Origin: Candidatus Omnitrophota bacterium | Lineage (GTDB): Bacteria; Omnitrophota; Gorgyraeia; Zapsychrales; Zapsychraceae | Direction: 5' to 3' | DNA: 62,830 nucleotides | Assembly (NCBI GenBank): GCA_015233115.1 | Contig: JADFYJ010000004.1 | Coordinates: 1 to 62,830 of the forward strand | Part shown: positions 34,534-44,433 of the stretch, in pieces | Numbering within the stretch: position 1 is the first letter of the stretch | Layout of the letters: the number at the start of each line of letters is the position of its first letter | The notes under the pieces: generated by a model | Told to the model about the DNA's origin: nothing | Seen by the model: only the letters and a program-made list of their open reading frames with translations | The model's database searches: none | Program-made: the position numbers and the translations under genes

Positions 34534-37110
34534 ATGAATTTAGACAAATTTACCCAAAAAAGCCAAGAAGCGGTACAATCGGCGTATGCTTTGGCCATGG
34601 AATTACATCAACAGCAAATTGAACCTGATCATATCGCGCAAGCGATACTCTCGGATAAAGACGGGTTGATTCCGTCTTTATGCGAGAAACTAGGTTTATC
34701 CTCATCAGATTTGCTGTTAAAAGTTGATGAAGAGATTAAACACTTTCCAAAGGTGGAAGGTGCAGGCCAGCCTTTTCTGTCCCAAGCGTCATTCCGCATA
34801 TTGAAGGAAGCAAACAAAATCGCGGAACGCATGAAAGATGAATTTACGGCCTTGGAACATATTTTCATGGCTTTACAAAAAAGTCATGACAACGTGATCA
34901 GCCGGGAATTGAAGAAAAACGGTTGGGACGAAGCCGGGATTTTAGATATTGTAAAAAAATTACGCGGAGGGCAAAGAGTCATGGACAATAATCCGGAAGA
35001 AAAATATCAGGCTTTGGATAAATATGGGAAAGACCTGACCGCATTAGCCCAACAAGGCAAATTAGATCCGGTGATCGGCCGTGATGCTGAAATCCGCCGC
35101 GTTATTCAGGTGTTATCCCGTCGGACAAAAAATAATCCGGTTGTGATCGGTGAACCCGGCGTAGGGAAAACCGCGATTGTGGAAGGTTTGGCTCTTCGGA
35201 TATATTCCGGTGATGTTCCTGAAGGGTTGAAGAATAAAAAAGTCATAGCCCTGGATATGGGCGCGCTCGTTGCTGGAGCGAAATTCCGCGGTGAATTTGA
35301 GGACCGGTTAAAAGCCGTTCTCAAAGAGGTAGAAAACCGCGCCGGCCAGATCATTTTATTTATCGATGAATTGCATTTGATTGTCGGCGCGGGAAAAACC
35401 GACGGGGCTATGGACGCGTCCAATATGTTAAAACCGGCTTTGGCGCGCGGCATGCTGCGCTGTATCGGAGCCACTACGCTCGATGAATACCGTAAATACA
35501 TTGAAAAAGACGCGGCTTTGGAACGCAGGTTTCAGCCGGTTATGGTTGAAGAGCCGACGGTCGAGGATACGATCGGTATTTTGCGCGGGCTTAAAGAAAA
35601 ATATGAGATCCATCACGGCGTGCGCATTCAGGATGCCGCGATTGTGGCTGCCGCGACAATGTCCCAGCGTTATATTACGGATCGTTTTTTGCCGGATAAA
35701 GCCATTGATCTCATTGATGAAGCAGCGTCTCGTTTGCGCATTGAAATCGACAGTATGCCTCAAGAGTTGGATGTCATTACTCGGCGTATGCGTCAGCTGG
35801 AAATTGAAAAACAGGCGCTTAAGAAAGAAAATGATCCGGAATCAAAAGCGCGGTCCCAAAAAATCAGCGAAGAATGGCAGACGCTGGATGAGCAGAATAA
35901 AAAACTGCGTTTGCGCTGGGAATCGGAAAAAGAAGTCATCAAACGAATCCGCGAGATTAAAGCTGAGATCGAACAGAAAAAGATCGAAGAGGCTAAAGCG
36001 GAAAAAGTGGGTGACCTTAACCGCGTGGCAGAAATCCGCTATGGTGTTTTGGTTAATTTGAATAAAGAATTGGAATTGAAAAATAAAGAATTAACCAAAA
36101 TTCAGAAAAACGGGGCATTGCTTAAAGAAGAAGTCGACGATCAGGATATTGCCGAGATCGTCGCGCATTGGACGAAAATTCCGCTTTCTAAATTAATGGA
36201 AGCGGAAACGCAGAAACTGGTGCACATTGAATCCAGTTTGTCGTCCAGAGTGGTGGGTCAGAAAGACGCGATTGATATGATCGCTTCCTGTATTCGCAGG
36301 TCCAGAACCGGTTTAAGTGATCCGAACCGTCCTGTAGGCTCATTTATTTTTGTGGGACCTACTGGTGTCGGAAAAACCGAATTGGCCCGATCTTTGGCCT
36401 GGTTTTTATTCGACGATGAAAATGCCATGGTGCGCATTGACATGAGCGAATATATGGAAAAGCACAGCGTGTCCCGGTTGATCGGCGCGCCTCCCGGATA
36501 TGTGGGTTATGAAGAAGGCGGGCAATTAACTGAAGCTGTGCGACGCAGGCCGTATTGCGTGATATTACTCGATGAAGTCGAGAAAGCGCACAGTGATGTA
36601 TTCAATACACTGCTGCAGATTCTCGATGACGGCCGGTTGACGGATGGACAGGGACGCACTGTTAATTTTAAAAATACCATCATTATCATGACCTCTAATA
36701 TCGGGTCAGACCTGATTGCTGAGGTGAATGATAAAAATGAAATCGAGCGCATGATCAAAGACGCGCTAAAAGGGCATTTCCGTCCGGAATTTTTAAACCG
36801 GGTGGATGAGATCATTGTGTTCCACCGTTTGCAACAAGAGGATATCCGGAAGATTGTGGATATTCAGATCAGTCTTTTGCAGCACAGGCTGGAAGATAAG
36901 AAAATTTCTTTGGAATTAACGGACCAAGCCAAGGATCTTTTGGCAGAACAAGGGTACGACGCTGTTTATGGCGCGCGGCCGTTAAAACGTTTAATTCAGA
37001 AAGCAGTTCAGGACCAGATTGCGTTAAAAATGTTAAACAGTGACATAAAGTCCGGCAGTAAGATCAAAGTCGATATTGACCCAAAAACAAAAGCGATTAT
37101 AATAAAATAA
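34534..37110 (+). CDS. clpB: Chaperone disaggregase ClpB
   Basis: 858 aa. Two AAA+ modules ([18 protein letters not shown]), a long middle coiled coil and a Clp N-domain. Confidence 0.95.
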   Translation: MNLDKFTQKSQEAVQSAYALAMELHQQQIEPDHIAQAILSDKDGLIPSLCEKLGLSSSDLLLKVDEEIKHFPKVEGAGQPFLSQASFRILKEANKIAERMKDEFTALEHIFMALQKSHDNVISRELKKNGWDEAGILDIVKKLRGGQRVMDNNPEEKYQALDKYGKDLTALAQQGKLDPVIGRDAEIRRVIQVLSRRTKNNPVVIGEPGVGKTAIVEGLALRIYSGDVPEGLKNKKVIALDMGALVAGAKFRGEFEDRLKAVLKEVENRAGQIILFIDELHLIVGAGKTDGAMDASNMLKPALARGMLRCIGATTLDEYRKYIEKDAALERRFQPVMVEEPTVEDTIGILRGLKEKYEIHHGVRIQDAAIVAAATMSQRYITDRFLPDKAIDLIDEAASRLRIEIDSMPQELDVITRRMRQLEIEKQALKKENDPESKARSQKISEEWQTLDEQNKKLRLRWESEKEVIKRIREIKAEIEQKKIEEAKAEKVGDLNRVAEIRYGVLVNLNKELELKNKELTKIQKNGALLKEEVDDQDIAEIVAHWTKIPLSKLMEAETQKLVHIESSLSSRVVGQKDAIDMIASCIRRSRTGLSDPNRPVGSFIFVGPTGVGKTELARSLAWFLFDDENAMVRIDMSEYMEKHSVSRLIGAPPGYVGYEEGGQLTEAVRRRPYCVILLDEVEKAHSDVFNTLLQILDDGRLTDGQGRTVNFKNTIIIMTSNIGSDLIAEVNDKNEIERMIKDALKGHFRPEFLNRVDEIIVFHRLQQEDIRKIVDIQISLLQHRLEDKKISLELTDQAKDLLAEQGYDAVYGARPLKRLIQKAVQDQIALKMLNSDIKSGSKIKVDIDPKTKAIIIK

Positions 37111-37133
37111 TTCATTTAACAAGGAGGGGATAT

Positions 37134-37907
37134 ATGAAATCAAAAATTTTAACATTATTAATGGTTACTGCGGTTTTTGCGGGTATTGGCGCGATAACCA
37201 GTTTTGCCCAGGATGAAAAACAATACATTGTCGGTAAGGTCGTCGCTTTGGATGCTGAGGGGAATAAAGTCACGGTGAAGGACATGAATACCGGCGAACG
37301 TAAAACTTTTACTTTTGCCGCTGATAAGATGTTGTCTTTAGGATTAGGGGAAGATGTGGTGGTGACTGTGCCCAAAGGCGGAACAGGGATTGATTCTATC
37401 AAATCCATGCAGGATCGTCCGATTCCTAACCGTCCTCCTGAACCAAATGCCAATGTTGCCCGTGACCCTTATGGGATACCTGACCCGACTATGAATGAAG
37501 TGGATCCATTCGCGGAGATGACTCAATTGCAAAGAAAGATGAATCAATTATTCAATACGACCATTGATCGCAATATGGGCTACACTAAAACGGGCTTGGG
37601 TATGAATGTGGGATTTAATGATATTCATGAAACAGATAAGGGATATTCCGTTGAAATTGAAGCCCCGGGAATGGATAAAAACAGCATGAATGTGGAAGTC
37701 AAAGGCAATATGCTGGTCGTTTCTGGAAAAAAAGAAGCTCAGCAAGAGGATAAAAAACAAGGCGGCATACAAAAACAATATAGTTATGGCAGTTTTTCAA
37801 GAGCCATGACAATTCCAGAAGACGCGGATATGACCAAGATGGACGTCAAATACGATAATGGAGTATTAAAAATCCAATTTCCGAAAAAGGCTCCAGCAAA
37901 AAAGTGA
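37134..37907 (+). CDS. Signal-peptide-bearing Hsp20-domain protein
   Basis: MKSKILTLLMVTAVFAGIGAITSFAQD signal, a linker of about 110 aa, then an alpha-crystallin domain (DIHETDKGYSVEIEAPG...YDNGVLKIQFPK). Confidence 0.7.
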   Translation: MKSKILTLLMVTAVFAGIGAITSFAQDEKQYIVGKVVALDAEGNKVTVKDMNTGERKTFTFAADKMLSLGLGEDVVVTVPKGGTGIDSIKSMQDRPIPNRPPEPNANVARDPYGIPDPTMNEVDPFAEMTQLQRKMNQLFNTTIDRNMGYTKTGLGMNVGFNDIHETDKGYSVEIEAPGMDKNSMNVEVKGNMLVVSGKKEAQQEDKKQGGIQKQYSYGSFSRAMTIPEDADMTKMDVKYDNGVLKIQFPKKAPAKK

Positions 37908-37926
37908 CAAGCGCGCGGGGGAAACT

Positions 37927-37946
37927 CCTGCCTGCCGGCAGGCAGG
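37927..37946 (+). terminator. Perfect 20-bp palindrome after the hsp operon
   Basis: CCTGCCTGCCGGCAGGCAGG. No clear T-tract. Followed by the conserved tail motif at 37955-37992. Confidence 0.45.
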
Positions 37947-38095
37947 CGCTCTGGGATTCAGTTTAAACGCTAACCTTTTGTATGGGCGCACGTTTTTATA
38001 ATTATTCAGTCATTATGAGCCATGAAATAACCCTTGCTCAAAATGATATATTATATAAAATAAGAATTCCTACCAACCTAATAAAGTGAGGCGCT

Positions 38096-38257
38096 ATGAA
38101 AAAATATGAATGCACAGTCTGTGGTTACATTTATGATCCAGCCATTGGCGACCCAGATCACGGTATTAAACCCGGCACAGCTTTCGAGAATATTCCCAAT
38201 GATTGGGTCTGCCCCGATTGCGGCGTAGGAAAAAGCGATTTTAAAGTGTTGAATTAA
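38096..38257 (+). CDS. rub: Rubredoxin (53 aa; absent from the ORF track because it is under 60 aa)
   Basis: [15 protein letters not shown]...[16 protein letters not shown], with two CxxCG knuckles. Confidence 0.85.
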   Translation: MKKYECTVCGYIYDPAIGDPDHGIKPGTAFENIPNDWVCPDCGVGKSDFKVLN

Positions 38258-38265
38258 TTATCGTA

Positions 38266-38381
38266 TTAGGGGCGATCACCTGATCGCCCGCTTACAAACA
38301 AATCGTTTTTTTTATAACTATATTTTATCATGAAATCAAAAGCGTCAATTTTGACGCGGGCGATCAGGAGATCGCCCCTAC
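38266..38381. repeat. REP-like palindromic element, inverted pair
   Basis: TTAGGGGCGATCACCTGATCGCCCG (38266-38290) and CGGGCGATCAGGAGATCGCCCCTAC (38357-38381). The inner palindrome GCGTCAATTTTGACGC is at 38342-38357. Confidence 0.85.
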
Positions 38382-38399
38382 GAACGTAATGGAGTTCAT

Positions 38400-39581
38400 A
38401 TGCGCAAAATCAAAAATGACGTCTATTGGGTGGGTTATATTGATTGGGATCTCCGCAATTTTCATGGCTATGATACCCCGCATGGCTCCACATATAATGC
38501 CTATCTTATTCTGGATGAGAAACCGACCTTAATTGATTCTGTCAAACATTACGGCGCGGATGAAATGATCCGCAGGATCAAACAAGTCATTGACCCGTCA
38601 AAGATACAATACATCATTTCCAACCACACGGAAATGGATCACTCAGGATCAATTGATGTGTTATTAAAACACTGTCCCAACGCCCAAGTGGTTTGCTCGC
38701 CAAAGGGAGAAGAAGGTTTGTCTCGTCATTTCAAAAAAAATTGGAACTTCAAAGTCGTCAACACCGGCGACACCTTGGATATTGGTAAACGTAAATTGAC
38801 ATTTATGTTAATGCCGATGGTGCATTGGCCGGATTCGATGGCGACATATTCGGCGGAAGATAAAATTCTATTTCCGAACGATGCTTTTGGACAGCATTAC
38901 GCGTCGACCGAAAGGTTCGCGGATGAGATTGGCGTGGGTCTGGCTTATGATGAAGCCGCGAAGTATTACGCGAATATTGTTTTACCGTTTGGGTCACAAG
39001 TGTTAAAAGCTTTGGAAGGCGCGTCGAAAATGGATTTTGACATGATTTGTCCGTCGCATGGCATGATCTGGCGGGGCAAAGAGCAAATTACCGGACTGGT
39101 TCAACGCTATGTCAAATGGGCGAATTATGAGAGTGACGCGCAAGTGTGCATTACCTATGATTCCATGTGGCACTCGACGGAAGCCATGGCTAAGCGTTTT
39201 TATGAAGTGATTGATATGGCGGGTATTCCGGTCAAATTAATGAATCTGCAAACGAGCCACATGTCGGACGTAGTCACGGATGTTTTAAAATCCAAGGTTG
39301 TGCTATTCGGTACTTCGATGTTGAATAACCGTATGCTTCCGACGGTGGGAGCGTTGATGATGTATTTAAAAGGTTTAAAACCTAAAAACCGTTTTGCTTT
39401 AAGTTTTGGTTCTTATGGATGGTCTATGGTCGGCTTTAAAGAATTGGAGACCTCTATTCAGGACGCAGGGTTTGAATTATTAGGTGAAGGGAAATATATC
39501 CGCTTTATTCCTGATCAGGATGAGTTGGCAAAATTGGACAGTATTCTTCCATTAATACAGGCGAAGCTGGCTGCCAAATAG
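38400..39581 (+). CDS. fprA: Flavodiiron protein (rubredoxin:oxygen/NO oxidoreductase type)
   Basis: Metallo-beta-lactamase-like diiron motif HTEMDHSG plus a C-terminal flavodoxin domain. 393 aa. Follows rubredoxin. Confidence 0.9.
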   Translation: MRKIKNDVYWVGYIDWDLRNFHGYDTPHGSTYNAYLILDEKPTLIDSVKHYGADEMIRRIKQVIDPSKIQYIISNHTEMDHSGSIDVLLKHCPNAQVVCSPKGEEGLSRHFKKNWNFKVVNTGDTLDIGKRKLTFMLMPMVHWPDSMATYSAEDKILFPNDAFGQHYASTERFADEIGVGLAYDEAAKYYANIVLPFGSQVLKALEGASKMDFDMICPSHGMIWRGKEQITGLVQRYVKWANYESDAQVCITYDSMWHSTEAMAKRFYEVIDMAGIPVKLMNLQTSHMSDVVTDVLKSKVVLFGTSMLNNRMLPTVGALMMYLKGLKPKNRFALSFGSYGWSMVGFKELETSIQDAGFELLGEGKYIRFIPDQDELAKLDSILPLIQAKLAAK

Positions 39582-39592
39582 AACGGAGTTTT

Positions 39593-40063
39593 ATGGTTCT
39601 TTCTGACGAGGTTATCCGTTTTTTAAGCAAACAAGGTGTTGTCATTGTTTCTACGATTGATGAGCATGGCCGGATCCATTGTTCCGCGAAAGGAATTGTT
39701 GGAGTTGTTCCTGAAGGCGTGGTTTTTGTCATTGATCTATATTTGCACAAGACGTTCCAGAATTTGGAAAATAATTCTACAGTCAGTATAACTGTTTTGG
39801 ATGAAAAAAATTTTAAAGGTTATACCCTGCAGGGAAAAGCCACTGTGGTCCGTCGGGAAGATATTGCTGAGCATATAATTGAGGAATGGGAACGCCGTAT
39901 TATTGACCGGATATCGAGGCGGGTCATATCCGGCGTGCAGGCAGAATCACAAAAATTTAAACACACGGAAGCGAGCCTTCCTGCCCATCCGAAATATTTA
40001 ATCGAAATTGATGTGGAAAATGTCATTGATCTCTCTCCGATAAGGGTGAGTATCGATGCGTAG
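39593..40063 (+). CDS. Pyridoxamine 5-phosphate oxidase-like FMN-binding protein
   Basis: LSDEVIRFLSKQGVVIVSTIDEHGRIHCSAKG split-barrel N-terminal pattern. Confidence 0.55.
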   Translation: MVLSDEVIRFLSKQGVVIVSTIDEHGRIHCSAKGIVGVVPEGVVFVIDLYLHKTFQNLENNSTVSITVLDEKNFKGYTLQGKATVVRREDIAEHIIEEWERRIIDRISRRVISGVQAESQKFKHTEASLPAHPKYLIEIDVENVIDLSPIRVSIDA

Positions 40064-40083
40064 GGGCGATTCCTGATCGCCCG
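40060..40083. repeat. REP-like palindromic element, single copy (1-nt deletion)
   Basis: GTAGGGGCGATTCCTGATCGCCCG. The TAG stop of the preceding gene (40061-40063) lies inside it. Confidence 0.8.
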
Positions 40084-40135
40084 TAACAAAATGATCGTAT
40101 TTTTATATGCTACATGCGTTTAAAATAGGAGCCTT

Positions 40136-40846
40136 ATGCAAGAAATTCGCGCGAAATTTGTGGAGTCTGTAGTAAGAACCAAAGATGTGACGAGTTTTCG
40201 GTTTGTGCCGGAAAATAAAATTGATTTTACCCCGGGCCAGTTTGCGCAGGTTATTTTTGATGAGCAAAATCGGCAGAATAAAGATTTAAACAAGTATTTA
40301 TCCTTTTCGTGTGATACGGGCAAATCTTATTTTGAAGTGACCAAAAAATTGTCAGCCAGCGCGTTTTCAGACCGTCTGCGGAAACTTCTGGAAGCGGATT
40401 CGGTTCTGTTTAAATTACCGTTAGGCAATTGTGTGCTGGGCAAGGACACGTCCAAAGTCCTTTTTATTGCCGGAGGCATAGGCATCACGCCGGTTATTTC
40501 CATATTAGAGCATACAGTTAATACGCAGCAGAGTATAGATATAAAACTCATTTATTCAAACTGGACCGAGGCTGATATCGCTTTTCGAAAAGAGTTGGAT
40601 GATTGGTCTAAAGCCGCGAAAAATATTGAGATTATCCATACGCTGGTTAATGAAAAACCTGTTACCAAAGGTTTCAAGTTTGGGATGATTGATAAGAATT
40701 TTTTGAACGAATACAAAGATGATTTATTCAAGCGCGAAATTTATATTTTTGGGCCGCCGGGCATGGTGAACGCGATGAAAAAATTATGCACGGAGCTGGG
40801 TGTAGAAGAATCGAAGATTAAAGCGGAAAGTTTTTTAGGTTATTAA
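40136..40846 (+). CDS. FNR-family FAD/NAD(P)H oxidoreductase (candidate rubredoxin/FDP reductase)
   Basis: FAD-binding KYLSFS (RxYS-like), NAD-binding FIAGGIGITP, terminal aromatic residue. Confidence 0.7.
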   Translation: MQEIRAKFVESVVRTKDVTSFRFVPENKIDFTPGQFAQVIFDEQNRQNKDLNKYLSFSCDTGKSYFEVTKKLSASAFSDRLRKLLEADSVLFKLPLGNCVLGKDTSKVLFIAGGIGITPVISILEHTVNTQQSIDIKLIYSNWTEADIAFRKELDDWSKAAKNIEIIHTLVNEKPVTKGFKFGMIDKNFLNEYKDDLFKREIYIFGPPGMVNAMKKLCTELGVEESKIKAESFLGY

Positions 40847-40852
40847 CAAAAA

Positions 40853-41025
40853 CAGTATGTAGTATGTGGCATGTGGTATGTAGTTAAAACGATTGTTAAT
40901 AAAAGCGTAAATTGATTTAAGATTTTATAAAAATGTTTTCTGTGGATTTAAGTTTAATTGTTTTGTGTTATTGATGATTTTTATTTTCGTTTTTGCGACA
41001 TACTACATACTACGAACCACATACT
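40853..41025. repeat. Long inverted element with GTATGTGG-word arms (family A, copy 2)
   Basis: CAGTATGTAGTATGTGGCATGTGGTATGTAG ... GACATACTACATACTACGAACCACATACT. Same architecture as 26534-26698. Confidence 0.7.
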
Positions 41026-41043
41026 TAATAAGGAGCAAGAATC

Positions 41044-41547
41044 ATGCATGAAATGACAAAAAAAAATCTGGAAGCCGCATTCGCGGGTGAATCAATGGCA
41101 CATATTAAATATCTAGCTTTTGCCGATAAAGCGGAAAAAGACGGTAAAGTTAATATTGCGAAAATGTTTCGGGCCATAGCTTATGCGGAGCAAGTTCACG
41201 CTACTAATCACCTTAAAGTTTTGATGGGCGTCGGAACAACTCCGGAAAATTTGCAAAAGGCTATTGATGGCGAAAATTTTGAAGTAGCCGAGATGTACGC
41301 GGTTTATGATGTGGACGCGAAATTTCAAGGCGAAAAAGACGCGGAGAAGTCAATTCATTACGCGATCGAAGCGGAGAAAATTCACTCAGCTATGTATACC
41401 AAAGCCAAGAAATCAGCTGACGCTAATAAGGACATAGAACTGGGTTCAATGTATATTTGTCCGATTTGCGGCTATACCCACGAAGGTGAACCGCATGATA
41501 ATTGTCCGGTATGCAAAGCTAAAAAAGAAATTTTTAAAAAATTTTAG
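41044..41547 (+). CDS. rbr: Rubrerythrin
   Basis: Ferritin-like diiron domain (NLEAAFAGESMAHIKY, EAEKIH) plus a C-terminal rubredoxin-like CPICG...CPVCKA. Confidence 0.9.
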   Translation: MHEMTKKNLEAAFAGESMAHIKYLAFADKAEKDGKVNIAKMFRAIAYAEQVHATNHLKVLMGVGTTPENLQKAIDGENFEVAEMYAVYDVDAKFQGEKDAEKSIHYAIEAEKIHSAMYTKAKKSADANKDIELGSMYICPICGYTHEGEPHDNCPVCKAKKEIFKKF

Positions 41548-41556
41548 GAGGTTATT

Positions 41557-41949
41557 ATGGCTATTAAAGATCTATATCAATCAGGCGATTGGAAAGCGGA
41601 AAAGCATGTTCCAGTCATTGAAGCTCCGGAAAAAATAAAAAAAGGCGAAGCGCTTAAGATTGAGGTTTCTGTCGGAAAACAGATCGCTCATCCGAATACA
41701 ACTGAACATCATATCGTTTGGATTGACGTTTATTTTCATGCTGATGGAGCGAAATTCCCGGTGCAAATCGGCCGTTTTGATTTTTCATCTCACGGCGCGT
41801 CCGCAGAAGGTCCGAATACCAGTACGATTTATTCGATGCCGCAAGCTGTTATAAGTTTCAAGACGGATAAAAGCGGTAAAATTTTAGCAACATCATATTG
41901 CAATATCCACGGCCTCTGGGAAAATTCTAAAGCTGTGATCGTTGAATAA
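41557..41949 (+). CDS. Superoxide reductase (1Fe-SOR/neelaredoxin type)
   Basis: EKHVPVIE, HPNTTEHHIVWI and CNIHGLWE are the SOR iron ligand motifs. Confidence 0.85.
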   Translation: MAIKDLYQSGDWKAEKHVPVIEAPEKIKKGEALKIEVSVGKQIAHPNTTEHHIVWIDVYFHADGAKFPVQIGRFDFSSHGASAEGPNTSTIYSMPQAVISFKTDKSGKILATSYCNIHGLWENSKAVIVE

Positions 41950-41961
41950 AGGAAGGATTTT

Positions 41962-42447
41962 ATGGATAACAAAGTATCATCATTGTTGAATGACCAAGTC
42001 ACCAAAGAATTTGACTCGGCTTACGTTTACTTGGCTATGGCCGCTTATTTTGAAAGTAAAGGGTTATCCGGCATGGCGTCCTGGATGCAAGTTCAGTATG
42101 GCGAAGAAATGAAGCATGGCATGAAATTTTTTGGTTATCTCAACGCCCGCGGAATTAAAGTGTCATTAGGGGCGCTTCCTAAGCCGGTTGCGGATTTTGG
42201 TTCGGTGAGAGAAGTTTTTGAAAAAAGTTTAGCCCATGAAAAATTGATTACAGCGAGCATTAATAAAATTTATGAAACGGCTATGGAAGTCAATGATCAC
42301 GCGACGACTACGTTTTTACAGTGGTTCATTTCAGAACAAGTGGAAGAGGAAAAAACCGCGAAGGATATCCTCGTTAAACTTGATCAGATCAATGATAGTT
42401 CTATGGGTTTAATATTTTTGGATAAAGAATTGGGAAGTCGTAAATAA
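41962..42447 (+). CDS. ftnA: Non-haem ferritin
   Basis: LNDQVTKEFDSAYVYLAMAAYF...EEMKHGMKF...SEQVEEE ferroxidase-centre pattern. Confidence 0.9.
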   Translation: MDNKVSSLLNDQVTKEFDSAYVYLAMAAYFESKGLSGMASWMQVQYGEEMKHGMKFFGYLNARGIKVSLGALPKPVADFGSVREVFEKSLAHEKLITASINKIYETAMEVNDHATTTFLQWFISEQVEEEKTAKDILVKLDQINDSSMGLIFLDKELGSRK

Positions 42448-42522
42448 AATTTTTCCTGCTTTTCACATTTTCTTCATGATCTGTTGATAAATGTGCCGTA
42501 TGCTTGTGTTGAGGAGAGTTCA

Positions 42523-43107
42523 GTGTTAGACAAAGTATTAGTGTGTGTTATTATGTTGTTGCTCGATTTTGCACCCGTGGTTTATGCTCAAAATACCCGT
42601 TTGCTGAGTACGGATAAGAATATCGCAACGTCCAACACAATTGATGGATCTTCCACCACAGATATATCCTCAACGGCGCCTGGTGAAACCATGCAATCGT
42701 GCTCTGACGAGGGGCTGGGAGTAGAATTTCCTTGCATGCTGGCCTGGCCCATGAAAAATACTGTCGATGCCCTGGAAATTCAGATTGCGACAGATCCGCA
42801 GGTGAACATGGTTATCAAGAAAAGTGAATCAGATGGATTTGTTCTTTCCAAGATTACCAAAGATTATTTGAATAAAACCAATTTATACGCGGACGGTTTT
42901 GTTTTAACGCCTGTTTCTATAAATTCAGCGGATATGATAAGAGTGACCGGGACTTCGAAAAATTTTCCCTATCGGCAGATTGAAGATTTTTATATGATGA
43001 ATGGCAATGAATTGATAAGTGTGATGTTTTCTGTCGAGCCAAATATTTTATGGGGAAAATATGCCGAAGTATTCCAATATATTATTGATAATTTAAACTT
43101 CCGATAG
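42523..43107 (+). CDS. Secreted hypothetical protein
   Basis: GTG 42523 six nt after GAGGAG. Signal-like N-terminus VLDKVLVCVIMLLLDFAPVVYAQ. Confidence 0.4.
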   Translation: MLDKVLVCVIMLLLDFAPVVYAQNTRLLSTDKNIATSNTIDGSSTTDISSTAPGETMQSCSDEGLGVEFPCMLAWPMKNTVDALEIQIATDPQVNMVIKKSESDGFVLSKITKDYLNKTNLYADGFVLTPVSINSADMIRVTGTSKNFPYRQIEDFYMMNGNELISVMFSVEPNILWGKYAEVFQYIIDNLNFR

Positions 43108-43115
43108 GACAACTT

Positions 43116-44363
43116 ATGCTCCACAATAAAGTTTTAGCGATTATTTTAGGGGGAGGAAAAGGCTCCAGGCTTTATCCATTAACCAAACACCGTTGTAAGC
43201 CGGCGATTTCTTTCGGCGGTAAATACCGTTTGATTGATATTCCCATCAGCAATTGTCTGAATTCCCAAATTAACCAGATTTATGTGTTAACGCAATTTTT
43301 AACCTCCAGCATCCACCGTCATATTTTTGAAACTTACCGGATGGACATGCTGACCCGCGGGTTTGTGGAAATTTTACCAGCTGAACAGACCTTGACCAGC
43401 AGTGACTGGTATCAGGGAACGGCAGACGCGGTTCGCCGGTCTATCAAATATTTCCGTGAGCTTCCGGTCGAGGATATTTTAATTTTATCCGGGGATCAAT
43501 TGTGCGCGATGAATTATATGCCGATTTATGAATTTCATAAATCAGCCGGAGCCAATTTGACGATTATTGGACATCCGGTTTCCGCTGAAGAGGCGCCGCG
43601 CATGGGTGTGATTCAGGTTAACCGTGATCAGCGGATATTAAAAATGATTGAGAAACCAAAAGACCTCAATCTGGTCAAGGGGTTTGAGATGCCGGACGGA
43701 AAATATATCGCATCCACCGGCAATTATTTTTTTAAAAAGAATTTTCTGCTCGAGCTGTTGACAAAAAATTATGAACAGGATTTTGGCAAAGAGATAATTC
43801 CTAAGGCTCTGGATTCCGGAAAAGTCTTTATGTACCTTTATAATGATTACTGGGAAGATATTGGAACAATCAAATCTTTTTTTGAGGCGAATTTGGATTT
43901 AGCTCAGCTTGAGCCGAAATTTAATCTTTATAATGAAGACCGCCGTATTTTTACTCACCCGCGTTTTATTCCCGCGGCTAAAATCCAGAATTCTCAAATT
44001 ATTACCTCACTCATTTCCGAAGGGAGCTTGATTGATAATGCGTATATTAATCACGCGGTGATTGGAATCCGGGGTGTCATCCGGTCGAACACCAAGATTA
44101 TTGAGAGTATTATTTTGGGTAATGATTTTTATGAACGGGATATGGAAAAAGAACATCAGGAACCGTATATCGGTAGTAATGTGCATATTGAACAAGCTAT
44201 CATTGATAAGAATGTAGTTGTCGAGGATGGCGTAGTCATCCGCGGCAGCAAAAACAGCGGCCAAAGTTTTGACGGCGACCTGTTCTCCGTGCGCGACGGC
44301 ATTGTCGTTGTTAGCAAAGGCACGCATATACCAAAAGGCACAGTGATTGAAGTTGGAAAATGA
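43116..44363 (+). CDS. glgC: Glucose-1-phosphate adenylyltransferase
   Basis: ILGGGKGSRLYPLT..RCKPAISFGGKYRLIDIPISNC, WYQGTADAV, C-terminal left-handed beta-helix repeats. Confidence 0.9.
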   Translation: MLHNKVLAIILGGGKGSRLYPLTKHRCKPAISFGGKYRLIDIPISNCLNSQINQIYVLTQFLTSSIHRHIFETYRMDMLTRGFVEILPAEQTLTSSDWYQGTADAVRRSIKYFRELPVEDILILSGDQLCAMNYMPIYEFHKSAGANLTIIGHPVSAEEAPRMGVIQVNRDQRILKMIEKPKDLNLVKGFEMPDGKYIASTGNYFFKKNFLLELLTKNYEQDFGKEIIPKALDSGKVFMYLYNDYWEDIGTIKSFFEANLDLAQLEPKFNLYNEDRRIFTHPRFIPAAKIQNSQIITSLISEGSLIDNAYINHAVIGIRGVIRSNTKIIESIILGNDFYERDMEKEHQEPYIGSNVHIEQAIIDKNVVVEDGVVIRGSKNSGQSFDGDLFSVRDGIVVVSKGTHIPKGTVIEVGK

Positions 44364-44375
44364 AAATACGCTGTT

Positions 44376-44400
44376 GTAGGGGCGATCTCCTGATCGCCCG
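44376..44400. repeat. REP-like palindromic element, single copy
   Basis: CGCTGTTGTAGGGGCGATCTCCTGATCGCCCGTAACAAAATTATCG. The extended unit is shared with 49725-49775. Confidence 0.85.
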
Positions 44401-44433
44401 TAACAAAATTATCGTTTTTTAATAATAAATATT

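Noticed and set aside
35483-36061. 192-aa + strand ORF rich in Arg/Lys inside clpB
   Set aside because: It is an alternative frame of the ClpB middle domain. The basic low-complexity composition is the usual artefact of reading a K/E-rich coiled-coil region out of frame.
40886-40996. Fur/PerR box upstream of rubrerythrin (GTTATTGATGATTTTTATT)
   Set aside because: It has only a loose resemblance to the GATAATGATAATCATTATC or TTATAATNATTATAA consensus sequences in a very AT-rich spacer. That is not enough to support a call.
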